This document shows positions 37,916 to 49,036 of a stretch of 64,000 nucleotides of DNA, piece after piece (position 1 is the stretch's first letter; each line of letters begins with the position of its first letter). A program made the translations under genes and the position numbers. The notes beneath the pieces were generated by a model. That model did not search any database and was not told the origin of the DNA. It was given only the letters and a program-made list of their open reading frames with translations. The DNA comes from Octopus vulgaris (lineage: Eukaryota), in NCBI GenBank assembly GCA_951406725.2, contig OX597822.1, positions 60,946,001-61,010,000 of the forward strand, read 5' to 3'.

Positions 37916-40810
37916 CAGGGAGCAGTGCATAAACTGTCATCTAATTTATGCAAAAATTAAAATAACACTGGCACCTCATTTTAACAGATATATTTACCAA
38001 AATTGCATAAAAATATCCTGAAATACTAAGCAGTAAATTTATTCAATAGAATTACCCTTGGCTTCAACCATGGCCTCCAGACAACTTTGGAATGTCCTGC
38101 AGCTCTTCTGGATAGTCTCCGCATTTAAGTTGGTGAATGCTGCCATAATCCTTGCCTTCAGTTCATATTTGGTGTTACAAGGAGTTATGTTGGTCTCTCA
38201 CTCAACTGCATCCCACACATCAAGGGGATTTCAGTCTGGGGAATTAGGTGGCCAGATGTTAGGTGTGATGTGGTTACTTAAATTATCTGACAGCTATGAC
38301 TGGGTTCTCCTGTTTGTGTGGCAAGGTGCAGAGTCTAATACCAGACATAGAGTCTTCCAGCAGCCACCCTCATGACCCAGAGCAACACTTCCTCCTCCAG
38401 GCATTTGATGTAGGCCTCTGTGTCGAGTCTGAGGATGTGTGGGAAGATGAATGGAGGCATAAACGCAATTATGGCTCTCCTGGTCTCGATGGTGTTACAT
38501 ACCTACTTCTCAAACGCGGTGGGTACTTTCTTCTAAGCCAACTTTCTCTATTCTTCCAATTCTGTCTTGACAATGGTGTTACTCCAGAACAGTGGAAAAC
38601 TGCCAGTGTCATCCCTCTGTTCAAAAAAGGCGACCGCACATCGCCTGTCAACTATCGCCCCGTCAGTCTTACCAGCTGCATCGCCAAACTGATGGAATCC
38701 TGTATCAGAGAAACCCTCTGGAACTTCTGGAAGTCTCACAGCCTCATCCAGCCGTCACAATTCAGATTTATTCCTAACTCCAGCTGCTGTAATCAACTCA
38801 TCGAGTTTCTTGAGGATGTTACCCAAATCACTGATTGCGGATCCTGGGTGGATGTTGTTTACCTGGACTTTGCTAAGGCTTTTAACTCTGTGCCACACAA
38901 AAGACTTATGGTGAAGCTTTCTGCGTTGGGTGTAAGAGACGAACTCTATAACTGGTTAAAGTCCTTTATTTTCGGCCGAAAAGAGGTTGTCACAGTTCTA
39001 GGACAGCACTCTGCGCCCTATGAGATGACATCTGGTGTGCCGCAGGGATCTGTTCTTGGCCCCCTTTTATTTGTTGCATATGTTAATGACATAGATGCCA
39101 ACTTAAAGAATGTCACAGTGCTGAAATATGCAGATGACATCAAGATGTACCTCGAAATAAAGAGGTCAAATCCTATACACTATGGATCTCTATTGCAAGC
39201 AGACCTGGACACAATGCAGCAGTGGATCATGGACTGGCAACTCAAGCTGGCTGTGGACAAATGTACCACCATGCATTTTGGGAGGAGAAACCCAGCGTCC
39301 ACCTACTCCCTCCACAACACTAGTCTCAAAAAGTCTTCAAGTGAACGTGACCTGGGTGTTATTGTCAACAGTGATTTGCGTTGGACAAAATACATCGCCA
39401 AAATTGTCAAGAAGGCTGAGGGTGTCTTGGCATCACTCACCAAATCCTTTGTGAGCCGCTCTCCGGCTATCTATCTGCGGCTTTATATAGCTATGGTAAG
39501 ACCTCACCTGGAATTTGCATCACCGGTCTGGAACCCCTATCTTGCCCAGGACATCAATCGTCTGGAAGCTGTTCAGCGACGTGCAACCAAAAGAATACCC
39601 TCCATCAGGCATTTGCCATATTCTGAACGCCTTACTTCCCTGGGCATGGACACATTGAAACTCCGACGTCTGGCAGCTGACCTGGCAGACACCCATAAAA
39701 TTATCAACCATCGCACAAACAATAACACTGAGCACCTCTTCAAACTCCACCCATCTAACACCCGTGGACATATTTACAAAGTCAGAAAACAGCATAGCTC
39801 CCATGACTTCAGGAAACATTTTTTCACGCTGAGAGTTGCTGAAGCGTGGAACAAACTGCTGGCATCGGTTGTTAGTTGTCGGAGCACTGCATCCTTCAAG
39901 ACTTCCATGCTTCCTGAGATTCGCCAACACTACACTTGATTTTCTCCCCTCCATACACACACAAGCATGTTCACTTTCCAGACATTTCTACATTACTGCA
40001 TGTACTTTATATGCACTTTCTGACAAGTTGTGGTGCACCTGAGCACTGTATACAATAATTTCATTATTATTATTATTATTATAATGTCGCCATCACTAGT
40101 GATCACTCTAAACAACATGAGGTTGAATGGATTCTTGATTTTTATCACACTCGGTACATGTTTTGGGGACATGGAAAGCCAACTGTTGCTCTCTGTACTC
40201 ACCATCTGATCCTGGCAGAAAATTTTTTCGTCTGAGAAAAACCAAAGCATTTTCAATTGGAGTGAATGCTTGAGTTTGTTCAAAAGCTTCGTAGCACAGT
40301 TTTTCCTCTTGTCCTCAATGGCTTGGGATAAAAATTGGCCCTTTCTCATCTTGTATGAGGAATACTGAATGTCTTTATGCACTACCTGCCTGATAAGAAA
40401 CTAAGACATTCCCATGCCCCTAGTGATAGACATGATTGACTTGGAGGGATTGTTGTCAGTCATGACCTAGATCTCACCAACAAATTCAGTTCTTTTCTTA
40501 TCAGAACGATCAGATTGAATTTTTCAAGCTGCTGTACCTTTGTAATCACCATTAAGCTCATTCAACTCTTTCCAAATCTTCTGCACTGTCCTGAAATGTT
40601 CGTATTGGAGCTTCCGGCAGGAATGCCAAGCAGTACAGCAGGTCGTTTCCAAATTTTTGGCAGAGTGAATTGCATCATGGAATTTTTTTTTCTCACAGAT
40701 CATGCCCAACTGACTCTACTATACTGTGTAATCAATAAAATCAAAAGCAAACACTGCACATGCACGAAATTTAAATTATAAAATGACAACAATTTACCCA
40801 TCACACTCTG
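37916..40810 (-). mobile_element. maT/DD37D (Tc1-mariner superfamily) transposon split by a CR1 insertion
   Basis: TA flanks and imperfect CAG.G TIRs. The minus-strand transposase reads FFSDEKIF...ITSDGDI, then resumes after the insertion as MPPFIFP...DSAPCHT...WPPNSPD.NPLD. Confidence 0.85.
38463..40080 (+). mobile_element. CR1-group LINE, 5'-truncated, uninterrupted RT ORF
   Basis: ORF to 39939: SPGLDGV, NYRPVSLTS, YLDFAKAFNSVPH, SGVPQGSVLGPLLF, YADDIK, ERDLGV, RPHLEFASPVWNP; (ATT)n tail. Confidence 0.97.
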
Positions 40811-40926
40811 TATACATGCATGAATGCATGCATGCATACATACATACATACATACATACATGCATATATGCATGCATGCATACAGGTAAACAGATATTTC
40901 ATATATATTTATACATACATATACAT

Positions 40927-42998
40927 ATCATCATCATCATCATCATCATCATTTAGCGTCCACTTTCCATGCTAGCATGAGTTGGACGGTTCAACTGGGG
41001 TCTGTGAAGCCAGAAGGCTGCATCAGGCCCAGTCTGATCTGGCAGTGTTTCTATGGCTGGATGCCCTTCCTAACGCCAACCACTCCGTGAGTGTAGTGGG
41101 TGCTTTTTACGTGCCATTCGCACAGGTGCCAGATGGAGCTGGCAAACGGCCACAGACGGATGGTGCTTTTTACGTGCCACCGGCACGGGGGCCAGGCGAG
41201 GCTGCCAACGGCCACGATTGGATGGTGCTTTTCATGTGCCACCAGCACGGGGGCCAGGCGAGGCTGGCAACGGCCACGAATGCATGGTCCTTTTACGTGC
41301 CACTGGCACAGGGGCCAGGCGAGGCTGGCAATGGCCACGAATGGATGGTGCTTTTTACGTGCCACTGGCACGGAGGCCAGTCGGGGCGGTGCTGATAACG
41401 GCCACGATCGGATGGTTCACTTACTTGTCACTGGCACTGGTATCACAGCTGCAATTTCCATTGATGTTGATCGACTTCAATTTTGGTTCTGCTTTCAGAT
41501 ATCTGATTTGATTTGGTTTGATTTTGATTTTGATTTTGATTTTCACTTGCCTCAACTCACAAGTGGAGTTTTGTGTCCCAAGAAGGAAAGGTATGTATAA
41601 GTCGACTGGCTACATACCAGGTAGAGGCCATGGGTTATGGTCTCACTAGTCTTGCCGGGTCTTCTCATGCACAGCATACTTCCATAGGTCTCGGTCTCTA
41701 GTCATTTCCTTGGTGAGACCTAAAGTTCGAAGGTCGTGCTTCACTACCTTGTCCCAGCTTTTCCTGGGTCTACCTCTTCCATAAGTTCCCTCAACTGCTA
41801 GGGTGTGGCACTTTTGCACACAACTATCTTCAGCCATTCTCGTCACATGACCATACCAGCACAAACGTATCTCTTGCACACCACAACTGATGCTTCTTAG
41901 GTCCAACTTTTCTCTTAAGGTACTTACACTCTGTCGATTATGAACACTGACATTACACATCCATCGGAGCATACAGGCTTCATTTCTTGCGAGCCTACGC
42001 ATATCCTCAGCAGTCACAGCCCATGTTTCACTACCATATAGCATGGCTGTACGTACACATGCATCATACAGTCTGCTTTTACTCTGAGCGAGAGGCCTTT
42101 TGTCACCAGCAGGGGTAAGAGCTCTCTAAACTTGCCCAAGCTATTCTTACTCTAGCAGTTACACTTTCAGCACACCCACCCCCGCTACTGACTTGGTCAC
42201 CTAGGTAGCGGAAGCTATCAACTACTTCTAGTTTTTCTCCCTGGAACATGGTAGAAGTTGGTCTCTGCACATTTTCAGTGTTTATTGCTCCTGAGCATCT
42301 GCCACAGACAAAAACTATTTTCCTAGTTAGCCTTCCTTTGACATTGCTGCACCTCTTATGTGTCCATAGCTTACACTTGGTGCACCTTATAGAGTTTCTA
42401 CCTATGCCTTTTTTACAGATCGAGCAGGGCCATCTGCATGAAAGCGTTTGTGATTGGTCTACCTTCCTACTTATTAGGACTTTGGTTTTGGCTAGGTTGA
42501 TTCTAAGGCCCTTCGATTCTAAACCTTGCTTCCACACCTGAAACTTCTCCTCCAGTTCTGATAGTGACTCAGCAATTAGAGCAAGGTCATCAGCATAGAG
42601 GAGCTCCCAGGGGCATCCTGTCTTGAATTCCTCCATTATTGCCTGGAGGACTATGATAAATAGGAGGGGACTGAGGACTGAACCTTGGTGGACCCCAACC
42701 TCTACCCGGAATTCTTCACTGTACTCGTTGCCAACCCTCACCTTACTAGCAGCGTCCCTGTACATGGCTCGCACAGCTCTCACTAACCATTCATCTATCC
42801 CTAGTTCCCTCATTGATCACCAGATAAGAGATCGGGGGACCCTGTTGAAGGCTTTCTCCATGTCAACAAAAGCCAGGTACAGGGGCTTATCTTTGGCTAG
42901 GTATTTCTCCTGCAGCTGTCTTACCAGGAATATAGCATCAGTAGTACTTTTCCCTGGCACGAACCCAAACTGCATCTCATCTAAGCTAACTCTCTCTC

Positions 42999-43003
<5 letters not shown>
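40927..43003 (-). mobile_element. RTE LINE (PHD family), 5'-truncated, with full 3' UTR
   Basis: ORFs 42103-42813 and 41646-42044; ~60-bp repeats at 41100-41430; (GAT)n tail at 40927; (TA)n at the 5' junction. Confidence 0.95.
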
Positions 43004-43048
<45 letters not shown>

Positions 43049-43071
43049 TACATATACATATATATATACAT

Positions 43072-43106
<35 letters not shown>

Positions 43107-43108
<2 letters not shown>

Positions 43109-43281
43109 TAAAAAGCACCCACTACACTCACGGAGTGGTTGGCATTAGGAAGGGCATCCAGCTGTAGAAACTTTGCCAGAAAAGACCGGAGCCTGGTGCA
43201 GTCTTTTGGCTTCCCAGATCCCCGGTCGAACCGTCCAACCCATGCTAGCATGGAGAACGGACGTTAAACGATGATGATGAT
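43107..43281 (+). mobile_element. RTE 3' tail
   Basis: Conserved tail plus (GAT)n, embedded in TA/CA microsatellite. Confidence 0.85.
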
Positions 43282-43292
43282 ATATATATATG

Positions 43293-43328
<36 letters not shown>

Positions 43329-43339
43329 ATATATCTATA

Positions 43340-44163
43340 CAGGATGTGTAAGGTATTTGAGGACATACCTTTTTTGGGTCATTGCTGCATTTTTTGCTCA
43401 CTCTGTATAATCTTTCTTTCAGAAAATAATAATGGCAGACCCTAAGTTTACTCCAGAAATTAAGAGGCATGCTCCTATTGTGGTTATAAAAGTCGAAATA
43501 TCTCGATTTTTAAAAGTTGACACATTTTTCGTCTACAAAATTTGTAAGGAGTTAGAGACTGATGATGTAAATGTATCACCAGTATCAAAGCATAAAAAGC
43601 ATTCTACTTCTTACTTCCCTGGGCATGGACACATTGAAACTCTGACGTCTGGCAACTGACTTGGCAGACACCCATAAAATTATCAACCATCACACAAACA
43701 ATAACTCTGAGCATCTCTTCAAACTCCACCCATCTAACACCCGTGGACATATTTACAGCTCCCATGACTTCAGGAAACATTTTTTCACGCTGAGAGTTGC
43801 TGAAGCATGGAACAAGCTGCCGGCATCGGTTGTTAGTTGTCGGAGCACTGCATCCTTCAAAACTTCCATGCTTCCTGAGATTCGCCAACACTACACTTGA
43901 TTTTTCTCCCCTCCATACACACACAAGTATGTATCTAACTCATACACTGTTCACTTTCCAGACATTTCTACATTACTGCACGTACTTTATATGCACTTTC
44001 TGATAAGTTGTGGTGCACCTGAGCACTGTATACAATAATTTCATTATTATTATTATTATATTCTAAACGTTCCAAAATCATCAGAACACCTGAAATTATC
44101 CAGCAAGTTTAACAGACCATTGATTACAATCCCAGAAAGTCCATGAGGTCAATTGCAAAAGAT
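43340..44163 (+). mobile_element. maT-type transposon 5' fragment containing a CR1 3' fragment (43607-44059)
   Basis: MADPKFTPEIKRH...SKHKKHS resumes after the insertion as KRSKIIRTPE...NPRKSMRSIAKD; the CR1 piece is flanked by attcta (43601-43606, 44060-44065). Confidence 0.8.
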
Positions 44164-44169
44164 GTATGT

Positions 44170-44385
44170 ATGTATTTGTATGTCTGTGTTTGTCCCCTCA
44201 CCAATGCTTGACAGCTGATGTTGGTGTGTTTTTGTTCTTGTAACTTAGCAGGTTGACAAAAGTGATCAATAGAATAAGTATTAGGCTTACAAAGAATAAG
44301 TTCTGGTATTGGTTTGTTTGACTAAAGGTGGTGCTCCAGCATGGCCACAATCAAACGACTGAAACAAATAAAAGGATCAAAGAAT
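44170..44385 (+). mobile_element. SINE family A 3' part
   Basis: ...ggtggtgctccagcatggccacaatcaaacgactgaaacaa. Confidence 0.8.
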
Positions 44386-44559
44386 GTGTGTGTGTGGGGG
44401 GGGGGGAGGATCAGGAGAGAGATATTTTTTTTTCTAATCTTATTTATTTCTACCCATACCTTTCTGTGTGATTATATATCAGAATGCATATAATAATATT
44501 ATATTATAGTCTATCATTACCTTCTTGCAGGTATGACACCTAAAATTTTAGCTAAAAAT

Positions 44560-44870
44560 CATACATATATAGGTTTGACAGAGAATACAATTAAGAAACA
44601 TGTCATGGACCACTTACTTTTAGGAATAGACAGAAATCTAATTCTAATGGATTAAGTAAATTTAGAGTAAAGATTATTTGCCAAAATAACGTGGCAGTCG
44701 AATATTACTGTTATTTATCCCCAGGAAACATTGACTCCAGCTGGGTATATGATGCACTATCTGTGTCCTTATATTTTCGAACTAGGGAGTTTAGCATCCC
44801 CACTCCAGCACAAAATATCTATATCATGATTTCTGGGTTATCTTCCTTCATCAGCACAGAATAACTGTTC
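44560..44870. mobile_element. PLE remnants: GIY-YIG fragment (+) and degenerate hammerhead (-, 44817-44861)
   Basis: YIGLTENTIKKH...SNSNGLSK on the plus strand; the minus strand reads CUGAUGA-AGG...CC-A-GAAA-UCAUGA-UA with a weak stem I. Confidence 0.55.
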
Positions 44871-44879
44871 AGCCAGAGG

Positions 44880-46860
44880 TTTATTCTTTATTCTAGGCAC
44901 ATGGCCCATACACATAGGGGACATACATAGACATGCAGGGGACAAGCAACAAGTGAAAATGAATATAGTACAATGATATGAGATGACTATCTCAGTCCCG
45001 CTCTGAGACAAAACCATGACCTCCTTTTTTCTTTCAAGCCTATTTTCAACAAAAGCGTTTTTATAAAATTAAATCAAATGTTCTTACCATCTTTTCCTTT
45101 TTTTTTTTTGTTCCTTTTTGTATCGTTCTTTTTCTTAAGCTAACACATATTCAATTAAAGTTAATACCGTATAAATCCAGTAATTTATAATAGTCTATTT
45201 CGTCTGGTACCTCATTTGTGTTGAACACCATTTTCCTGCATTCCGCACTTTCTTTACAGTCTCTAACTACTTTCATTCTGCATTCCGGTACCAATGCGCC
45301 TAAAACCATTTTTCATTTTCTCATTCCCCTCATGTCCATCTCTCCACACCCTTCCACTGTACCAACCCATCCACCACATCCCCCCTTACACCCTTCAATA
45401 AAGCACAAACAAAACAAGTGGGAAGGTCGTCTTGCGGTTCCTTGTATGACTGCTGTTCCCCTTCTCCTTATGTCAGAGGGGAATGGGTCGGTTCGGTGTC
45501 TGCAGGGGAATAGGTGGGTTCAGTGTCTGCAGGGAGAGGGTGGGGTTGATAGGACAAGGGTGTGGTGGGCACAGGGTGTGGCCCACTTAAGCTGTCCTTC
45601 CTCCCCCTCCTCTGCCTTCCTCCCATATCCTTTCATCCATCCTTGTCACTTCCTTCTTCTATCCCTTCTGGTTCCCTCTCTGCCCCTTCCTGGGTTGGCT
45701 CATCTTTCAGAGGAAGTCTGCTCTAATGTGGTCTTTATGACCACATTTATAGCAGCGAGGGAGTCTGCCCTCTACCCACACTTTCATCACCGCCTCTTCA
45801 ACCGCCACTGCTTCCATGAGCAACTCCAAGTTTTCCACCCTACTCTGCATTATTAGTTCCAAGATTACACCGTGCCAACTAGTGGCTTGGAGTGCGATGA
45901 CCTTTTCCTAGCTTCCTAGTAGCACAGCCGCCACTACCCAAGCCACGTCTATTTCAGGGGGGGACTCCCTACACCCCGACTTTGGAAGTTCCTCCTCCAA
46001 GGCACATGGGTAGAAAGGTCACCCTTTCCGCCTTCATCGACTTTGTTGAGTTTTCTCTCACTTTCACCTTGTTCCCAAAACACACCTCGACAGTGCCATA
46101 TTGGCTTCCTCTCGCAAGACATTACGTCTTGCCAGACAGGCCCCAATGCCCTTTCAACTTCATCCATCTGTTCATTCTGTAATCCCCTCTCCTTGACAGA
46201 ACAGACCCTGTATACAATCTTCCTTTCTTCCACTTCACTCAGCACTTTCTGTGGTGGTGACAACTTCACGTCACCACCTTCCCTTTCTAGCACTTTTTCA
46301 TAATTTTTCAAAGTTTTGAGGCCCACTTCCCTTCCTGGCACTTCTGCCACTTTCACAGAAGCTTTCTCCTTCATAGCTCTGTCCATCCGCATTACAGCCT
46401 CCACCAGCTCCCCCTCAGACGACGACAGTTCCGAACATGACACCTCTGACCCACTCACATCCGAACAAGCCTCCGCCATCCCTCCTCAAACTGTTGCGGG
46501 GGAGGGGGGGGAACGGCTTCCCCCACAAAAAATCCCTGCAACGCCACACAAAAATAAAACAATAACCTATTTCTTTACTACCCACAAGGGGCTAAACACA
46601 GAGGGGATAAACAAGGACAGACAAACGGATTAAGTCAATTATATCGACCCCAGTGCGTAACTGGTACTTATTTAATCGACCCCAAAAGGATGAAAGGCAA
46701 AGTCAACCTTGGCGGAATTTGAACCCAGAACGTAGTAGCAGACGAAATACCACTAAGCATTTCGCCCGGCGTGCTAACGATTCTGCCAGCTCACTGCCTT
46801 ATAATAAAACAATAAAACAATAACCGACGCTAACACACGGAATGAACCCACATAACCTTG
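44880..46860 (-). mobile_element. ORF1-only (HAL1-like) retroelement, copy 2, degenerate, with CCHC knuckle
   Basis: Frameshifted ORF from 46479: acidic/Ser N-terminus, ERKIVYRVCS..ERALGPVWQD..YGTVEVCF..FLPM..GVPPEID..VWVEGRLPRCYKCGHKDHIRAD, then a C-terminal domain ending NTNEVPDEIDYYKLLDLYGINF. No RT. 5' boundary approximate. Confidence 0.75.
46568..46800 (-). mobile_element. SINE family B inserted in the 5' UTR of the ORF1-only element
   Basis: TSD aataaaacaataacc at 46553-46567 and 46811-46825. Confidence 0.9.
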
Positions 46861-47680
46861 GCAGTAGCAAACTATCAATAAAAAACAAAAAAGCCAGCTA
46901 AATTCTTGTTTGAAATATATAGTTTTCAAAGTGACACACGGTCACTGATCTAATGGAATAGAAAATTTCTATTTGTAAATCTCTCAATGAGAGACATTCA
47001 GTAACAGTATTTTAGAGGAAAGATTATTTGCCAACATAACGTGGCAGTCATCACTTTGAAAGCTATTTGCAAATAGAAATTTTTCTATTTTAGTCTTTTA
47101 TTTTATATGTATCGTTTTATGCTAGTCTTAAGGTGGCTGAATATTTATTTAAAGCAGTATTTTTTAGGTAGATACACTTTATGTAACTAACCTATACTTG
47201 TTTTTCAGGCAACATTATATCATACCACAAAACTAATAAACTGAAGTACTACAGGGTGCAAAGTTCACCAGGAATTTAAACAATGATACTGTTTTAGGCT
47301 CAGGTAGTTTCATACAAAGTGGTGAAATGACAACTTATAACACACACACACATACACAGACACACACACATGTGTACATGTACAAACCTATTATTATTGG
47401 AGCAACAATATATGCACCAACTTATCTGGAGCAAAGTATGGCTAAACTTTGGTTCTTGGAGAGAGTGCCCAACTCGTTAATTCATACACTACAAATGATT
47501 ACGAAATCTGGGACTACAAAAGGCTACAAGACCTTAAGATTTAAAGGATGATTAACAAAACAAGCTGCTTTCTTTTGCAACCTTGTTACCAAGCAGGTGA
47601 CCAGTTAAAATTAACTCTAAATTGAAAAGAGATATAGAACATACATGTATATGTGCATGTGAGTGTTATATATACATATA

Positions 47681-47720
<40 letters not shown>

Positions 47721-48189
47721 CAGAGAGAGAGACACACACACACACATACATATACATCATACATGTTATATATCCATCAAACATTTTCTTTCTGCCCACC
47801 TACTCATAGAATAACATCCCATGTGGCAGGCTTGATAATTGCTAGGAAATTTTATCTTAGCATGAAACCAATGGTTGCCTTGTTAATCCACAAATAAAGA
47901 ATATTTATCCACCAATGTTGTTTTGAGTACCCATTCTTGCTGTTCAATATCAGCATACATAAATACATACATACACACATACATACATATATAAATACAT
48001 ACATACATACATACACACATACATACATACATACATACATACATACACACATAAATACATATATAAATACATACATACATACATATATACATAAGTACAT
48101 ACATACACACACACACACATATTTCATTTAAATACATGATTGTGCTCAAATTTTAACTTTTCTATTTTAGATTTTTGCATATTTTCTCA

Positions 48190-48240
<51 letters not shown>

Positions 48241-48896
48241 GATTTGAAACAATAAAGTTCCTAAATTCATACTTGACATTTCCAGACCTTCACAGTCTCA
48301 TATTCAAGAATTAAATACATTTGACATCTGATTTTGTGTTTCGTATTGTAGTTGAATTTAAGTAAACTTTCTTACCAAATCGGTGATGAGATCTTCTTAT
48401 CACTACTCTGATAAATATGGTGAAGTTTACGCTTTACTGAGGAGATTTAATAAGACATTTAAAATTTTATTGTACTTCCTAAAATGACTAAAATGGTATT
48501 AGTCATTGAGCTAATGTTGTCTTTTACCTCCATATTTTTAATTAAAATTAGTGTTATCATTATAAACATTTTAAGAAATTAAAAAATATTCTACATATTT
48601 CAAAAATTAGTGTTAGCATATTTCAATATAACATATATTAACACGAATTTAACTATCAAATATATATCTTAGTTATCTCATAATTGTTTGTTTACAACTT
48701 AAAAGTTTTATCAATAGATGTATAGGTTACTAGTAAGTATTACAATGGCTGCAGAAATGGTTGTCAGATTAAATGACTAACAGCATTCCTGTCACAACAC
48801 TTAATGCTCTAGTTTCAAAATCCTACTGATGTCAACTTTGCCTTTTATTCTCTCTGAGAATTTTGTATAACTTAGTCAGGGGAGTGGAGATGAGCA

Positions 48897-49036
48897 GTGG
48901 TGGTGATGGTGGTGGTGGTGGTGGTGGTGGTGGTGGTGGTGGTGGTGGTGGTGGTGGTGGTGGTGGTGGTGGTGGTGGTGGTTGTGGTGGTGGTTGTGGT
49001 GGTTGTGGTGGTGGTTGTGGTTGTGTTGGTGGTGGT
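48897..49036. repeat. (GGT)n trinucleotide microsatellite
   Basis: Visible in the sequence. Confidence 0.97.

Noticed and set aside
38296-39939. 547-aa ORF as a host gene
   Set aside because: It is a 5'-truncated CR1 RT with an (ATT)n tail; the start is borrowed from antisense transposon sequence.
40982-41600. ORFs of 97-166 aa with repeated FYVPPAR / FTCHRH motifs
   Set aside because: Translations of the RTE 3'-UTR minisatellite in several frames; not protein-coding.
45218-45856. 212-aa plus-strand ORF
   Set aside because: Antisense shadow of the ORF1-like coding region; the recognisable motifs (CCHC knuckle) are on the minus strand.
17340-47215. Strong-looking plus-strand splice acceptors (~17359, ~30370, ~44530, ~47208)
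   Set aside because: No coherent downstream coding exons or donors could be linked; such motifs are common by chance in AT-rich DNA.
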